From IMG/VR virus record IMGVR_UViG_3300031413_000001: a stretch of DNA of 64,000 bases; one strand, 5' to 3'. Within the stretch, counting starts at the first letter, position 1. Each line of letters begins with the position of its first letter. The notes beneath the pieces are model-generated. The model was not told the DNA's origin. It searched no databases and saw only the letters and a program-made list of their open reading frames with translations. Below, one piece after another: positions 37,105 through 45,606 of the stretch. The position numbers were made by a program, and so were the translations under genes. This DNA is from a virus (lineage: Duplodnaviria > Heunggongvirae > Uroviricota > Caudoviricetes).

Positions 37105-37593
37105 TTAGCCCCACGCAAGTTTGAACATCAGCGCAATGGATTCCTTCTTGAACAAGAAGACCTCACGCTCCCGCTTGTCAATCTCCACAATGCAGACTTG
37201 GTACTTAAAGTTCTGCTCACGAAGCCATGCAAGGATTGTGCGACGATGAGCAGTTCGTAGCTCAAGTGTTTCTTGATCCATACGGGGCAGGACCCATCGC
37301 TTTGCAGGAAGGTTGTCCACATTGGGAGCGCGAGTGACTTTGATCTCCCCGCCCTTTTGATGGAACTTGGGATCGTACTTGCTTTCCCAAGCCTTCCTCT
37401 GTGTGTAGTAACTCTGAGGCTTCATGACTTCCTCACCTGGCTCAATGAAGTCATACCAAAATGGCATTGGAAACAGGATCTTGGGGTAGATAACATTACT
37501 GAAGGGTTGGAATATGGACTGGCTGATAGTGGTCTTGCCCATCTGCCGGCCAGCAATAATTGGATAGTGTCGTCCAGACATAGGATCTCGCAA
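37105..37593 (-). CDS. FKLxW-family protein with N-terminal terminase Walker-A-like peptide
   Basis: IIAGRQMGKTT; FLFKKESIALMFKLAWG. Confidence 0.8.
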   Translation of the reverse strand: MRDPMSGRHYPIIAGRQMGKTTISQSIFQPFSNVIYPKILFPMPFWYDFIEPGEEVMKPQSYYTQRKAWESKYDPKFHQKGGEIKVTRAPNVDNLPAKRWVLPRMDQETLELRTAHRRTILAWLREQNFKYQVCIVEIDKREREVFLFKKESIALMFKLAWG

Positions 37594-37659
37594 GCTATCG
37601 TGTCGATCTTTTCCTGCGATAACTCAATATAGTACCATGTACTCTGGAGTGCAAGAGTT

Positions 37660-37684
37660 GAGGGTGGCCGTTAAGCCACCCCCT
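37660..37684. terminator. hairpin terminator
   Basis: GGGTGGC/GCCACCC stem directly after NTase stop. Confidence 0.5.
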
Positions 37685-38574
37685 TAGGCATTCCAAACTG
37701 GATCGAGAGCCACATCATCGACCGAGTAATCGTTCTTGCCAGCACTCCTCGAGAATGCTTCCAAGAAACGCTCACGTGCCTCGTCGAAACGATCCGGCAT
37801 CACGGCCCTGACTTTGTTGACCAGCTTCTCAAAGGTGTTGACCTCCGAGTGATCCACTGGCGTACCAAACAAGAGTTCCAAGACAGCACTGGGTTCCGTT
37901 ACGTGGTTCAAGCGAGAGAACCTGGGAGCACCAGGAACGCTTGTCTCGAACTCGTCTGCGGTCACCACGTTCATGCCCTGACCATCCCGCTTCAGCATCT
38001 TCCACTGACGGTACAAGCCCTTTTCCAAGTCAAAGCGGAAGCCCACTCTTGCGACACGGACTCCATCCTGCAGGAGTTCAAAGTCCTTGTGCATCTTGGC
38101 CAACACACCCAACATCGTGGACAACATGACACCCTTGTAGGGGCTGTTGTCCTTGCCGGGCGAAAAGTGGCTGAACTTCAACCATTCAGGATTACCGGCC
38201 ACGAAGTCAACCTGCACAAAACCCTTCTGAGGATCGCCAGCAACTGGGAAGGCAGTCTGAAACTGACCACCCTTGAGGGTCTTGGTCTGAACATGACCCG
38301 GAGGCAAGACTTCCCAAGCACGCTCGGCGAAAGCCCTCAAGCTGAACACCGGAAGATCGGCCTCACCGTGGAACCGGGCTGCCTTGTTGTTCAAGGCAAA
38401 GTCCAGATCGCCGCTGTCGGCCTGTTTTCCCGCGCTGCCCATCATGTTATCCATGGCGTACGCCATATCAAACCCAGGCATGTTCATTACGGATACAACA
38501 TGATTTACAGTGGAGACAACATCCTCCCTTCGGACTCGCACCATCTGCAAGCCCGGAAACGCATTTCCGCCCAT
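37684..38574 (-). CDS. Pol-beta-superfamily nucleotidyltransferase
   Basis: MGSAGKQADSGDLDF and QVDF acidic triad. Confidence 0.75.
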   Translation of the reverse strand: MGGNAFPGLQMVRVRREDVVSTVNHVVSVMNMPGFDMAYAMDNMMGSAGKQADSGDLDFALNNKAARFHGEADLPVFSLRAFAERAWEVLPPGHVQTKTLKGGQFQTAFPVAGDPQKGFVQVDFVAGNPEWLKFSHFSPGKDNSPYKGVMLSTMLGVLAKMHKDFELLQDGVRVARVGFRFDLEKGLYRQWKMLKRDGQGMNVVTADEFETSVPGAPRFSRLNHVTEPSAVLELLFGTPVDHSEVNTFEKLVNKVRAVMPDRFDEARERFLEAFSRSAGKNDYSVDDVALDPVWNA

Positions 38575-38700
38575 GGAAAACCACCCTGAAAGGAGTAAAA
38601 CCTCGCAGGGTGGCCAAATGTCACGTCATCAAAGATGGTGCGCTAGTTAGGACCCTGCCGATCTCAAATAAGGCACCAATATATCATGACGTTTCCTTTG
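38575..38700 (-). promoter_or_regulatory. structured 5' leader of NTase gene
   Basis: CCACCCTG/CAGGGTGG hairpin over SD; ACGTCAT/ATGACGT and TGGTGC/GCACCA stems; 7-codon uORF. Confidence 0.45.
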
Positions 38701-38738
38701 CTTCGAACCACAACTCTATAGTGGTTGGGTTCCACTTG

Positions 38739-38984
38739 TCAACCTATTGGATTGCTCTCGTTCTTTAGCTTCATCTTGTCTCGAATCAGCTGACGAACTT
38801 CCTCGTCGTCGGTCAAGATATCAACAACGTCGGGGTGGAGTGCTGCTGAACCGCCACCCATTCCACTGAGCATCCGCTGGGAAACAAAGCACGTCATGAC
38901 CGCAGCGGTCATGATCTGGCCAGGCTCTGCTGGGAATATGGGCCGGAGCCCATAAGCGATGATCTTCTTAGCCATAGTTGACAT
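38739..38984 (-). CDS. hypothetical protein
   Basis: GGGGA SD, coupled. Confidence 0.6.
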   Translation of the reverse strand: MSTMAKKIIAYGLRPIFPAEPGQIMTAAVMTCFVSQRMLSGMGGGSAALHPDVVDILTDDEEVRQLIRDKMKLKNESNPIG

Positions 38985-39525
38985 TTCCCCCTGCCTTCAC
39001 CGAACCATAGACGTCATCGCAGCTTACGCTGCCGCCGGCTTCCACGTTTCCGCCAACCTCATCACAAGAGACGGAACCGCTTGCCTTGACATCACCGCCC
39101 ACGTCACCACAGGAAACGGATCCCTGAGCTGTCACGCTCTCCGTGACATTGCCCGTGATGGTGATCGACTGGTCGCTGGAGACGTTCTTCACATCGCCCT
39201 GGACCTTGATCTCTAGAACGGTGGACATGTCCACGCCCGACTGATCGGTAACGTCCTTTCCATCAACGATGATGCGTCCACCAACCATCGAGATGTTGTT
39301 GCCGTGAAACGTCCGGCCATTGACTTGCATTGTTCCCATGCCACTTCCCCTGTTGTTGAATCGCCCGACCACGTCACCGCCGGTCATGTCGCCATTGACG
39401 ACCCTCGAATTCCTGTGCCCACTTTTGGCAGCTTTCTGGTAAGCGGCAATCACGATACAGATGCTCGTTCCTGCCATCATACCTAGAACAAAGATGATCG
39501 CTTGAAACCAAAACGGAATCATCAA
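38968..39525 (-). CDS. beta-helix (bactofilin-like) repeat protein with N-terminal TM
   Basis: GSVSC(G/D)(D/E)V(G/Y)G.V.A repeats. Confidence 0.7.
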   Translation of the reverse strand: MMIPFWFQAIIFVLGMMAGTSICIVIAAYQKAAKSGHRNSRVVNGDMTGGDVVGRFNNRGSGMGTMQVNGRTFHGNNISMVGGRIIVDGKDVTDQSGVDMSTVLEIKVQGDVKNVSSDQSITITGNVTESVTAQGSVSCGDVGGDVKASGSVSCDEVGGNVEAGGSVSCDDVYGSVKAGGNVNYG

Positions 39526-39614
39526 CTATCTCCCATTGGCGCAAAGGCCAGTATCAACAAGGCAATCACCCCAACGGCCATCATGGCTATGAAGATGATA
39601 ACGCCGCTGTTCAC
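39522..39614 (-). CDS. 30-aa membrane peptide, not in ORF track
   Basis: MNSGVIIFIAMMAVGVIALLILAFAPMGDS, overlapping both neighbours. Confidence 0.5.
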   Translation of the reverse strand: MNSGVIIFIAMMAVGVIALLILAFAPMGDS

Positions 39615-40075
39615 AGCCCCAGAGCCTTCAACTGCTCAATGGTGTCCTCGGCGCTGGTATGCAGGATCGCAACACCGCCGGCTTCAGTCCACCGATTGGT
39701 GTTCTTTTCCATGTCGTCGATCAGGATATCCCCTGGCGCCTTCATGTGCTTGGGCTTGTAACGCGACAAGCAGGTGATGATTGGAACGTGGAGACCAAGC
39801 TCACGATTCTTCCAGATGGTCTTGCCATCGGCGGCCTGCTGCATTCCACTGGATGGACAGCCGCTCAGGATCGTAGGCTCATACTTGGAAATGTAGGCCC
39901 ACAGCTGAAGTGCACCTGGCATGGCGGGAAGCTGCTCCCAGTGGGCCATGTTGTCCTTGATGATCTTCCACATCACGAACTCGGGCACCTCATTGTGCTT
40001 TTTGCCGTATTGCATCTCGAACCCTCGTTCGAAATCAACCAGCACTCCATCAAAGTCACAGAATATGTGTGGCAT
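39611..40075 (-). CDS. HAD-family 5'(3')-nucleotidase-like
   Basis: IFCDFDGVLVDF, ILIDD. Confidence 0.88.
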   Translation of the reverse strand: MPHIFCDFDGVLVDFERGFEMQYGKKHNEVPEFVMWKIIKDNMAHWEQLPAMPGALQLWAYISKYEPTILSGCPSSGMQQAADGKTIWKNRELGLHVPIITCLSRYKPKHMKAPGDILIDDMEKNTNRWTEAGGVAILHTSAEDTIEQLKALGL

Positions 40076-40137
40076 CTTGTCTCCTCTTCATCGATCTTTC
40101 TGATTCCCTCTGAATCATTCTGATCCCATATATAATA

Positions 40138-40219
40138 GCTACTCCGGACAGGGCTTACTTGGTACATGCAGATTGCATGTTTTCGGATAGCCCCTTCCAG
40201 CGGGCTGAACCGGAATAGC
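40138..40219 (-). ncRNA. candidate structured RNA element
   Basis: GCUAUUCCGG/CCGGAGUAGC closing stem, GGGCU/AGCCC, ACAUGCA/UGCAUGU. Confidence 0.4.
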
Positions 40220-40265
40220 ATGGAAATCCACATATCTCAATTAAGAACTGCCCAGAGGCGCGCCT

Positions 40266-40742
40266 TCAGTCCTTATCTTCCGCTAAGGACTTAGGCAATC
40301 CAAAAGTGGGTGGCGCGGGCTGGGATGCGGCGTATTTGGCCCGCATGGTGTAGATGCTGCTATGTGGACCCTGCATGGGCGAAATCCCGAGAATATCCTG
40401 AGCAATCACGCGAGGCATCACGCGTCGAATAATGGGCAAGATAACCTTGCCAAAGACCGTCTTCTCATATGGCATACAGGGAACCCACACGAGCTTGAAC
40501 CACGTGGCGTGCTTGGCATGCTGAAAGCTGATCAGGGTATCGTATGGGTACTCATTGAACCCCGGATAGCGTTCCTTGTAGTCGAGGCGCATTAGTGAGC
40601 TATCGTTGAGATTTGCCTTTATCAGAAGAGCCTCGAGCTCTTCCATGCGCTCAGGCATCAGATGGAATTGAAAGCCCAGCCTGAAGTGGCGCCTCTTCAT
40701 CCGACTTGATTTCCAACGAGGCTTGCTTGAATTGGTTTTCAC
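40266..40742 (-). CDS. FKLxW-family protein fused to Gol-like major-capsid peptide
   Basis: ISFQHAKHATWFKLVW then VILPIIRRVMPRVIAQDILGISPMQGP. Confidence 0.85.
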   Translation of the reverse strand: MKTNSSKPRWKSSRMKRRHFRLGFQFHLMPERMEELEALLIKANLNDSSLMRLDYKERYPGFNEYPYDTLISFQHAKHATWFKLVWVPCMPYEKTVFGKVILPIIRRVMPRVIAQDILGISPMQGPHSSIYTMRAKYAASQPAPPTFGLPKSLAEDKD

Positions 40743-41331
40743 GTCGTATCTCCGAATCGAGCATCATTACATATTGGGACCAGGAGGAGACCTCCATGTT
40801 CTCAACCCACTGGTCATACCAGGCCAGAGGATCACCAGTGGATTCATAATCCAGCATGATGATCTCCTTGCAGGGATTAAGACTCCGGCCTTTGATCTGG
40901 TGCATTGTGGGAAAGATGCCAGGAGTGGTCTGGCTTATCAGAGGCAGAGTCCACGTTGGAGCGTTGGCCGACATTGCGCCACGCCGTTGGGAGCCGGTCA
41001 TGACTTTGCCAAAATGACTGTTGAGGGTGAGCTTTCCCATCCAAGTACGCATCTTTTCTGCGTAGTCTATCTTGGCGTCTTCGTTCCAGCTCAGCTTGAA
41101 ACGGATGGCATCTTGTTTGCTGGTAAAGCGAACAATGGTCTCTGGGTTCTCATAGAAGGAATATAGTGGAGGCTTGTGGAGACGCCACTTTCGGCCCTTG
41201 ACCCCAAACGCTTCCCCCAGGAAGTCCTGTAGCTCAGTTTCCCGCGTTCGCTCTACGAACAAGGAGATCTGATGACCAAACCAGTTTTCACCACGCTGTT
41301 CGGGTGTGCGATCTTTGAATGAATATTCCAT
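40651..41331 (-). CDS. FKLxW-family protein with tail carrying PolB- and RNR-like motifs
   Basis: VRFTSKQDAIRFKLSW then KLTLNSHFGK and NPCKEI. Confidence 0.75.
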   Translation of the reverse strand: MEYSFKDRTPEQRGENWFGHQISLFVERTRETELQDFLGEAFGVKGRKWRLHKPPLYSFYENPETIVRFTSKQDAIRFKLSWNEDAKIDYAEKMRTWMGKLTLNSHFGKVMTGSQRRGAMSANAPTWTLPLISQTTPGIFPTMHQIKGRSLNPCKEIIMLDYESTGDPLAWYDQWVENMEVSSWSQYVMMLDSEIRRENQFKQASLEIKSDEEAPLQAGLSIPSDA

Positions 41332-41372
41332 GTGGGTTTGTTGCGCTCACCCACATGGAAAGTTCAATATTC

Positions 41373-41678
41373 TTAGGGAACAAAAGCCAGCTTGAACATC
41401 AGTGCTTTGTTCTTGTCCTGAAAGCGCACGATGGTAACTGGGGTCAGTCTCCACTTTCCTGCCCAGGGATTTTGGGGTTCGTCCTTGGGCCACTCGTCCC
41501 GACGAGAGGTGGAACTAACTCGGTAGTCCACATGCTTTTGGTCTGAGCTTTCGGCCATGAACTCAATCACACGTTGTTTCATATTGTGGTGCCAGTTGGC
41601 ACAATCAATATGGATCTCATGTTCAAAGAACGACCCACCGTTGTGCTTTTCAGGCTTGGTCGCTTGAACGTATTTCAT
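41373..41678 (-). CDS. FKLxW-family protein
   Basis: VRFQDKNKALMFKLAF. Confidence 0.85.
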   Translation of the reverse strand: MKYVQATKPEKHNGGSFFEHEIHIDCANWHHNMKQRVIEFMAESSDQKHVDYRVSSTSRRDEWPKDEPQNPWAGKWRLTPVTIVRFQDKNKALMFKLAFVP

Positions 41679-42010
41679 TCCGAGAGATCATCCTTGGCTT
41701 TTTGCTTCTTATCCCACTTCTTGAGCTTTCTGTCAATGTCTGCGTTCAACTGCGCGACCTTGTCCTCAAGAGTGACATTCTCCTCGTCGGGCATCTCATG
41801 GCAGTAGAGATCCATCGCGACGATGATGCAGTCGGTTAGTTCCTCGCGAACATCCTCCCACGTCTTGTTCTTGCCGTTCTTTTCGCTGGAGATGCTTAGG
41901 TAGGCCTGACTTGCCTCACCATACTCCTCACCCAGCTTGAGCAATCGGCGTGGAAAGATCTCCATGCTCCTCTTACGGTTGGCGTGCCAGATCTTTTCAA
42001 AAACGCTCAT
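41675..42010 (-). CDS. MazG-like pyrophosphatase (second)
   Basis: KLGEEYGEASQA..REELTDCII. Confidence 0.8.
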   Translation of the reverse strand: MSVFEKIWHANRKRSMEIFPRRLLKLGEEYGEASQAYLSISSEKNGKNKTWEDVREELTDCIIVAMDLYCHEMPDEENVTLEDKVAQLNADIDRKLKKWDKKQKAKDDLSE

Positions 42011-42098
42011 TATGTTCTCCTCATTGCTACCGATAATTATATGGAGGGCGGTACGTCAATTTTTGACAGACGCCCAAAATGCTTTATAGAGTGGGCTT

Positions 42099-42995
42099 AT
42101 GAAAGACTTCTACGCGATCCTAGGTGTTGAAAAGACAGCAGACGACACGGCACTGAAGAGTGCCTATCGAAAGCTGGCAAAAGAATACCACCCCGACACC
42201 AACAAGAGCCCAGGAGCGGAAGCCCGGTTCAAGGAGGTTAGTGAGGCCTATGAGACGCTGAAGGATCCGCAGAAGCGCGCCCAGCATGATATGATGATGC
42301 GATCGGGTCGTCCTGGTCCAGGTCCCAGTCCAACCGGTGGCAGCGGCGGTGCTTACTCGTGGGCCAACAATCCACACTTCCGCGGTGGACAGCGTGGGCC
42401 GGACATTGACATCGAGGAGATCTTGCGGGACTTGAAGAGATCGCGGGGATCGAGCCCCTTTGCCGAGGACGCCAAGAACCGCGACATCGTACTATCATAT
42501 AGCATCACGCTGGAAGAGGCCTTTACAGGCAAGGACGCAGACATCTCATACAATCTGCCGGGCAAGAACCAGCAGAAGATGCAGTTTAAGATTCCACCCG
42601 GCATCCAAGATGGCATCAAGCTTCGCTTTCAGGGCAAGGGCGATGACCAGATGAAGCACGTGGCTCCCGGCGATCTGTATGTCAAGGTCACCATCGTTCC
42701 ACATCATTCCTTTATCCGAATGGGCAACAATCTTCTGACCAGCATCTCAATCGATTATTTTGATGCCCTACTGGGAACCGAGAAGGAAGTGCCCACCATC
42801 GACGGAAAGCGGATCAAGATGAAGGTGCCCGCAGGCATCCTCCCCGGTCAAAGTCTCCGTGCTGGTGGAAAGGGAATGCCCATCAACCCCGACAAGAGGG
42901 GCGATATGATGGTCGAGGTAACCTTTGAGAGCGTAAAGCTGACGTTGGATCAAAAAGATCTGATTGAGCAAGCAAGAAGCAAAAAGAGCCCTTGA
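42099..42995 (+). CDS. dnaJ: DnaJ-class chaperone (CbpA-like, no zinc finger)
   Basis: J domain with HPD, C-terminal GDLYV domain. Confidence 0.92.
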   Translation: MKDFYAILGVEKTADDTALKSAYRKLAKEYHPDTNKSPGAEARFKEVSEAYETLKDPQKRAQHDMMMRSGRPGPGPSPTGGSGGAYSWANNPHFRGGQRGPDIDIEEILRDLKRSRGSSPFAEDAKNRDIVLSYSITLEEAFTGKDADISYNLPGKNQQKMQFKIPPGIQDGIKLRFQGKGDDQMKHVAPGDLYVKVTIVPHHSFIRMGNNLLTSISIDYFDALLGTEKEVPTIDGKRIKMKVPAGILPGQSLRAGGKGMPINPDKRGDMMVEVTFESVKLTLDQKDLIEQARSKKSP

Positions 42996-43079
42996 CTTCT
43001 CTCCTCTAAGCATTATTTAGAAGAGGACTGAACAAAAAGCGGTTCTCTTCCAGATCGACTACTGTGTGAAGGAGAACGC

Positions 43080-45437
43080 ATGTCCTTGGATAATTTCGAT
43101 CCAACAAAGGCTCAGGAAGTCTTTGAACGTGCTTCGCAGATTGCGGAGCGACACGACCACGAATACGTGACACTTGAGCATCTTCTTGCCAGTGTCATGC
43201 AGGATCCCAAGGTTCTGGAAACCCTTCAGGAAATTGGCGCCAACACTTCTGACCTTTCGGCGGACTTGTTGGCTCACTTCAAGACGGATCTTCTGGGCAA
43301 AGGCAACGGACGTGCGCCTCGCCAGACGCAGCCACTGGCTCGCGTTGTCAACAGGGTGGTCGCTCAGTGCTTTTTCAGTGGTCGAATGGACATTCGCCCC
43401 ATTGACATCCTGATCTCCATCTTGAACGAAAAGGATGAGAACAGTCACGCTTGCTATTTTCTGGCAAAGCAGGGCGTTGAACTTCTGGACGTAAAGCTGG
43501 CAGTCAGCCACGACAGCGATCTCGATGATGACGAGCCCACGGTCAAGGAAGTCGACGAAAACGGCAACGAGATTCCCGAGGAAGAGGGCAAGGTCCGCAA
43601 GACCAAGGCCGAGCGTCTTCTCGAGAAGTTCTGCGTGAACTTGAACGAGGCTGCACTGGCCGGCAAAATCGACCCACTGATTGGTCGCGAGTCGGAAGTT
43701 GCCACGCTGGTGTTGACGACTGCTCGTCGCACGAAGAACAACGTGGTGCTGGTCGGTGAGCCGGGCGTTGGTAAGACCGCAGTAGTCGAGGGTCTGGCCA
43801 AGATGATTGCAGAGGAGCAGGTTCCCGACGCGATCAAGGGCAGCATCGTTTACTCGCTGGAAATCGGCGCACTGATGGCAGGCACCAAGTTCCGTGGTGA
43901 CATGGAAGAGCGCGTCAAGCAGATCATCGATGCAGTGGAAAAGGTTGGCGAAGAGAAGGGTATCCTGCCCATCTTGTTCATCGACGAAATCCACACCATC
44001 ATGGGCGCAGGCGCTGGTTCATCGGGTGCCCTGGACGTTGCCAACTTGCTCAAGCCCGCGCTGGCCAAGGGAAAGCTTCGCTGCATCGGCGGAACAACCT
44101 ACGAGGAATATCGTAAGCACTTTGAAAAGGACCGGGCTCTGCTCCGTCGTTTCCAGAAGCTGGATGTTCTGGAGCCCAGCATCGAGGACGCCAAGCGGAT
44201 CTTGATTGGTCTCAGCAAGGTCTATCAGGACTACCACGGCGTTACCTACGATGTGGACGCCCTGGAAGCCGCAGTGGACTTGACTGCCCGCTACGTCACG
44301 GACCGGATGCTTCCTGACAAGGCCATCGACGTCATCGACGCCGCTGGTGCTCGACAGAAGATTGCCCCCGAGGCAGACCGGAAGCTGATCATCGACACGC
44401 TTCTCATCGAACAGGAAGTCTCGAGGATTGCAAAGATCCCCGCACGGACGGTTCATGAGGATGAGACCGACAAGCTGGCTCACCTGAAGAGTGATCTGCT
44501 GAAGGCAGTGTTTGGTCAGGACACCGCAGTGGAGACCGTTGACAATGCGGTCATCCTGAGCCGTGCTGGTCTCCGTGACCCCAACAGGCCACAGGGCAAC
44601 TACTTGTTCGCTGGTCCAACGGGTGTTGGCAAGACGGAACTTGCCAAGCAATTGGCGTCCACGCTGAGCATTCCTCTCCATCGCTTTGATATGAGCGAGT
44701 ACTTGGAAAGCCACAGCATCAGCAAGTTCATCGGTTCGCCTCCGGGCTACGTGGGCTTTGGCGACGGTCAGGCTGGTTCGGGTCTTCTGGCAAACGCCAT
44801 CGAGGGAAGCCCACACAGCATTCTCTTGTTGGACGAAATGGAGAAGGCGCATCCAGACATCTTCAACATTTTCCTGCAGATCATGGACAACGGTGAGTTC
44901 ACGACCAGCGCAGGCAAGAAGATCAACTGTCGCAACCTGATCCTGATCATGACCACCAATGCTGGTGCCAAAGAACTTCAGAAGAACAGCTTGGGCTTTG
45001 GGGGCAACAGTGTGGCGGGCAATGATGACAAGGTCATCGAGAGCACGTTCACTCCGGAGTTCCGCAACCGCCTGGACGCCATCGTCAAGTTCAATGCGCT
45101 GAAGAGCGAGAACATGATCTTGATCGTGGACAAGTTCATCGGTCAGCTGAACGCAATGGCCAAGCTGAAGAACGTTCAGATCATGCTCAGCGACAAGGCC
45201 CGCGAGTACCTGGCAGTCAAGGGATACGATCCCAAGATGGGTGCGCGTCCTCTGAATCGACTGATTCAGAATGAGCTGTCCCAGCCACTGAGCCGCGCAA
45301 TGCTGTTCGGTGATCTGAAGAACGGTGGTACTGCGATGGTCGACGCCGACGAGGGCGCACTGATCGTCCAGACGTTCCCCACCCCTCCGGCAACCCCGGA
45401 AGTCGTAGCTGAGTTTGCTGCCGACACCGCTGCCTAA
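43080..45437 (+). CDS. clpA: ATP-dependent Clp protease ATP-binding subunit
   Basis: two AAA+ modules (GEPGVGKT, GPTGVGKT), no ClpB coiled coil, SLGF ClpP-docking loop. Confidence 0.93.
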   Translation: MSLDNFDPTKAQEVFERASQIAERHDHEYVTLEHLLASVMQDPKVLETLQEIGANTSDLSADLLAHFKTDLLGKGNGRAPRQTQPLARVVNRVVAQCFFSGRMDIRPIDILISILNEKDENSHACYFLAKQGVELLDVKLAVSHDSDLDDDEPTVKEVDENGNEIPEEEGKVRKTKAERLLEKFCVNLNEAALAGKIDPLIGRESEVATLVLTTARRTKNNVVLVGEPGVGKTAVVEGLAKMIAEEQVPDAIKGSIVYSLEIGALMAGTKFRGDMEERVKQIIDAVEKVGEEKGILPILFIDEIHTIMGAGAGSSGALDVANLLKPALAKGKLRCIGGTTYEEYRKHFEKDRALLRRFQKLDVLEPSIEDAKRILIGLSKVYQDYHGVTYDVDALEAAVDLTARYVTDRMLPDKAIDVIDAAGARQKIAPEADRKLIIDTLLIEQEVSRIAKIPARTVHEDETDKLAHLKSDLLKAVFGQDTAVETVDNAVILSRAGLRDPNRPQGNYLFAGPTGVGKTELAKQLASTLSIPLHRFDMSEYLESHSISKFIGSPPGYVGFGDGQAGSGLLANAIEGSPHSILLLDEMEKAHPDIFNIFLQIMDNGEFTTSAGKKINCRNLILIMTTNAGAKELQKNSLGFGGNSVAGNDDKVIESTFTPEFRNRLDAIVKFNALKSENMILIVDKFIGQLNAMAKLKNVQIMLSDKAREYLAVKGYDPKMGARPLNRLIQNELSQPLSRAMLFGDLKNGGTAMVDADEGALIVQTFPTPPATPEVVAEFAADTAA

Positions 45438-45444
45438 CTGAAGA

Positions 45445-45478
45445 GCACCAGAGTACAAATAATATGTACTCTGGTGCA
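45445..45478 (+). terminator. hairpin terminator
   Basis: GCACCAGAGTACA/TGTACTCTGGTGC. Confidence 0.6.
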
Positions 45479-45606
45479 CCTTTGGTGTTGACTTCCCCCT
45501 ACATTATGTTAAATCAGTCATAGCAGATACTTCTGCTGTTCAGCTTTGAACGACCAAGATCGAAATGACGTTCCTGCGATCGGACCGTTACTAGGAGTCG
45601 TTTCGA

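Noticed and set aside
44019-45479. Long antisense ORFs (486 aa here, 481 aa at 56805-58250, 298 aa at 12059-12955 and similar)
   Set aside because: Shadow frames of clpA, ligA and structural genes caused by codon bias.
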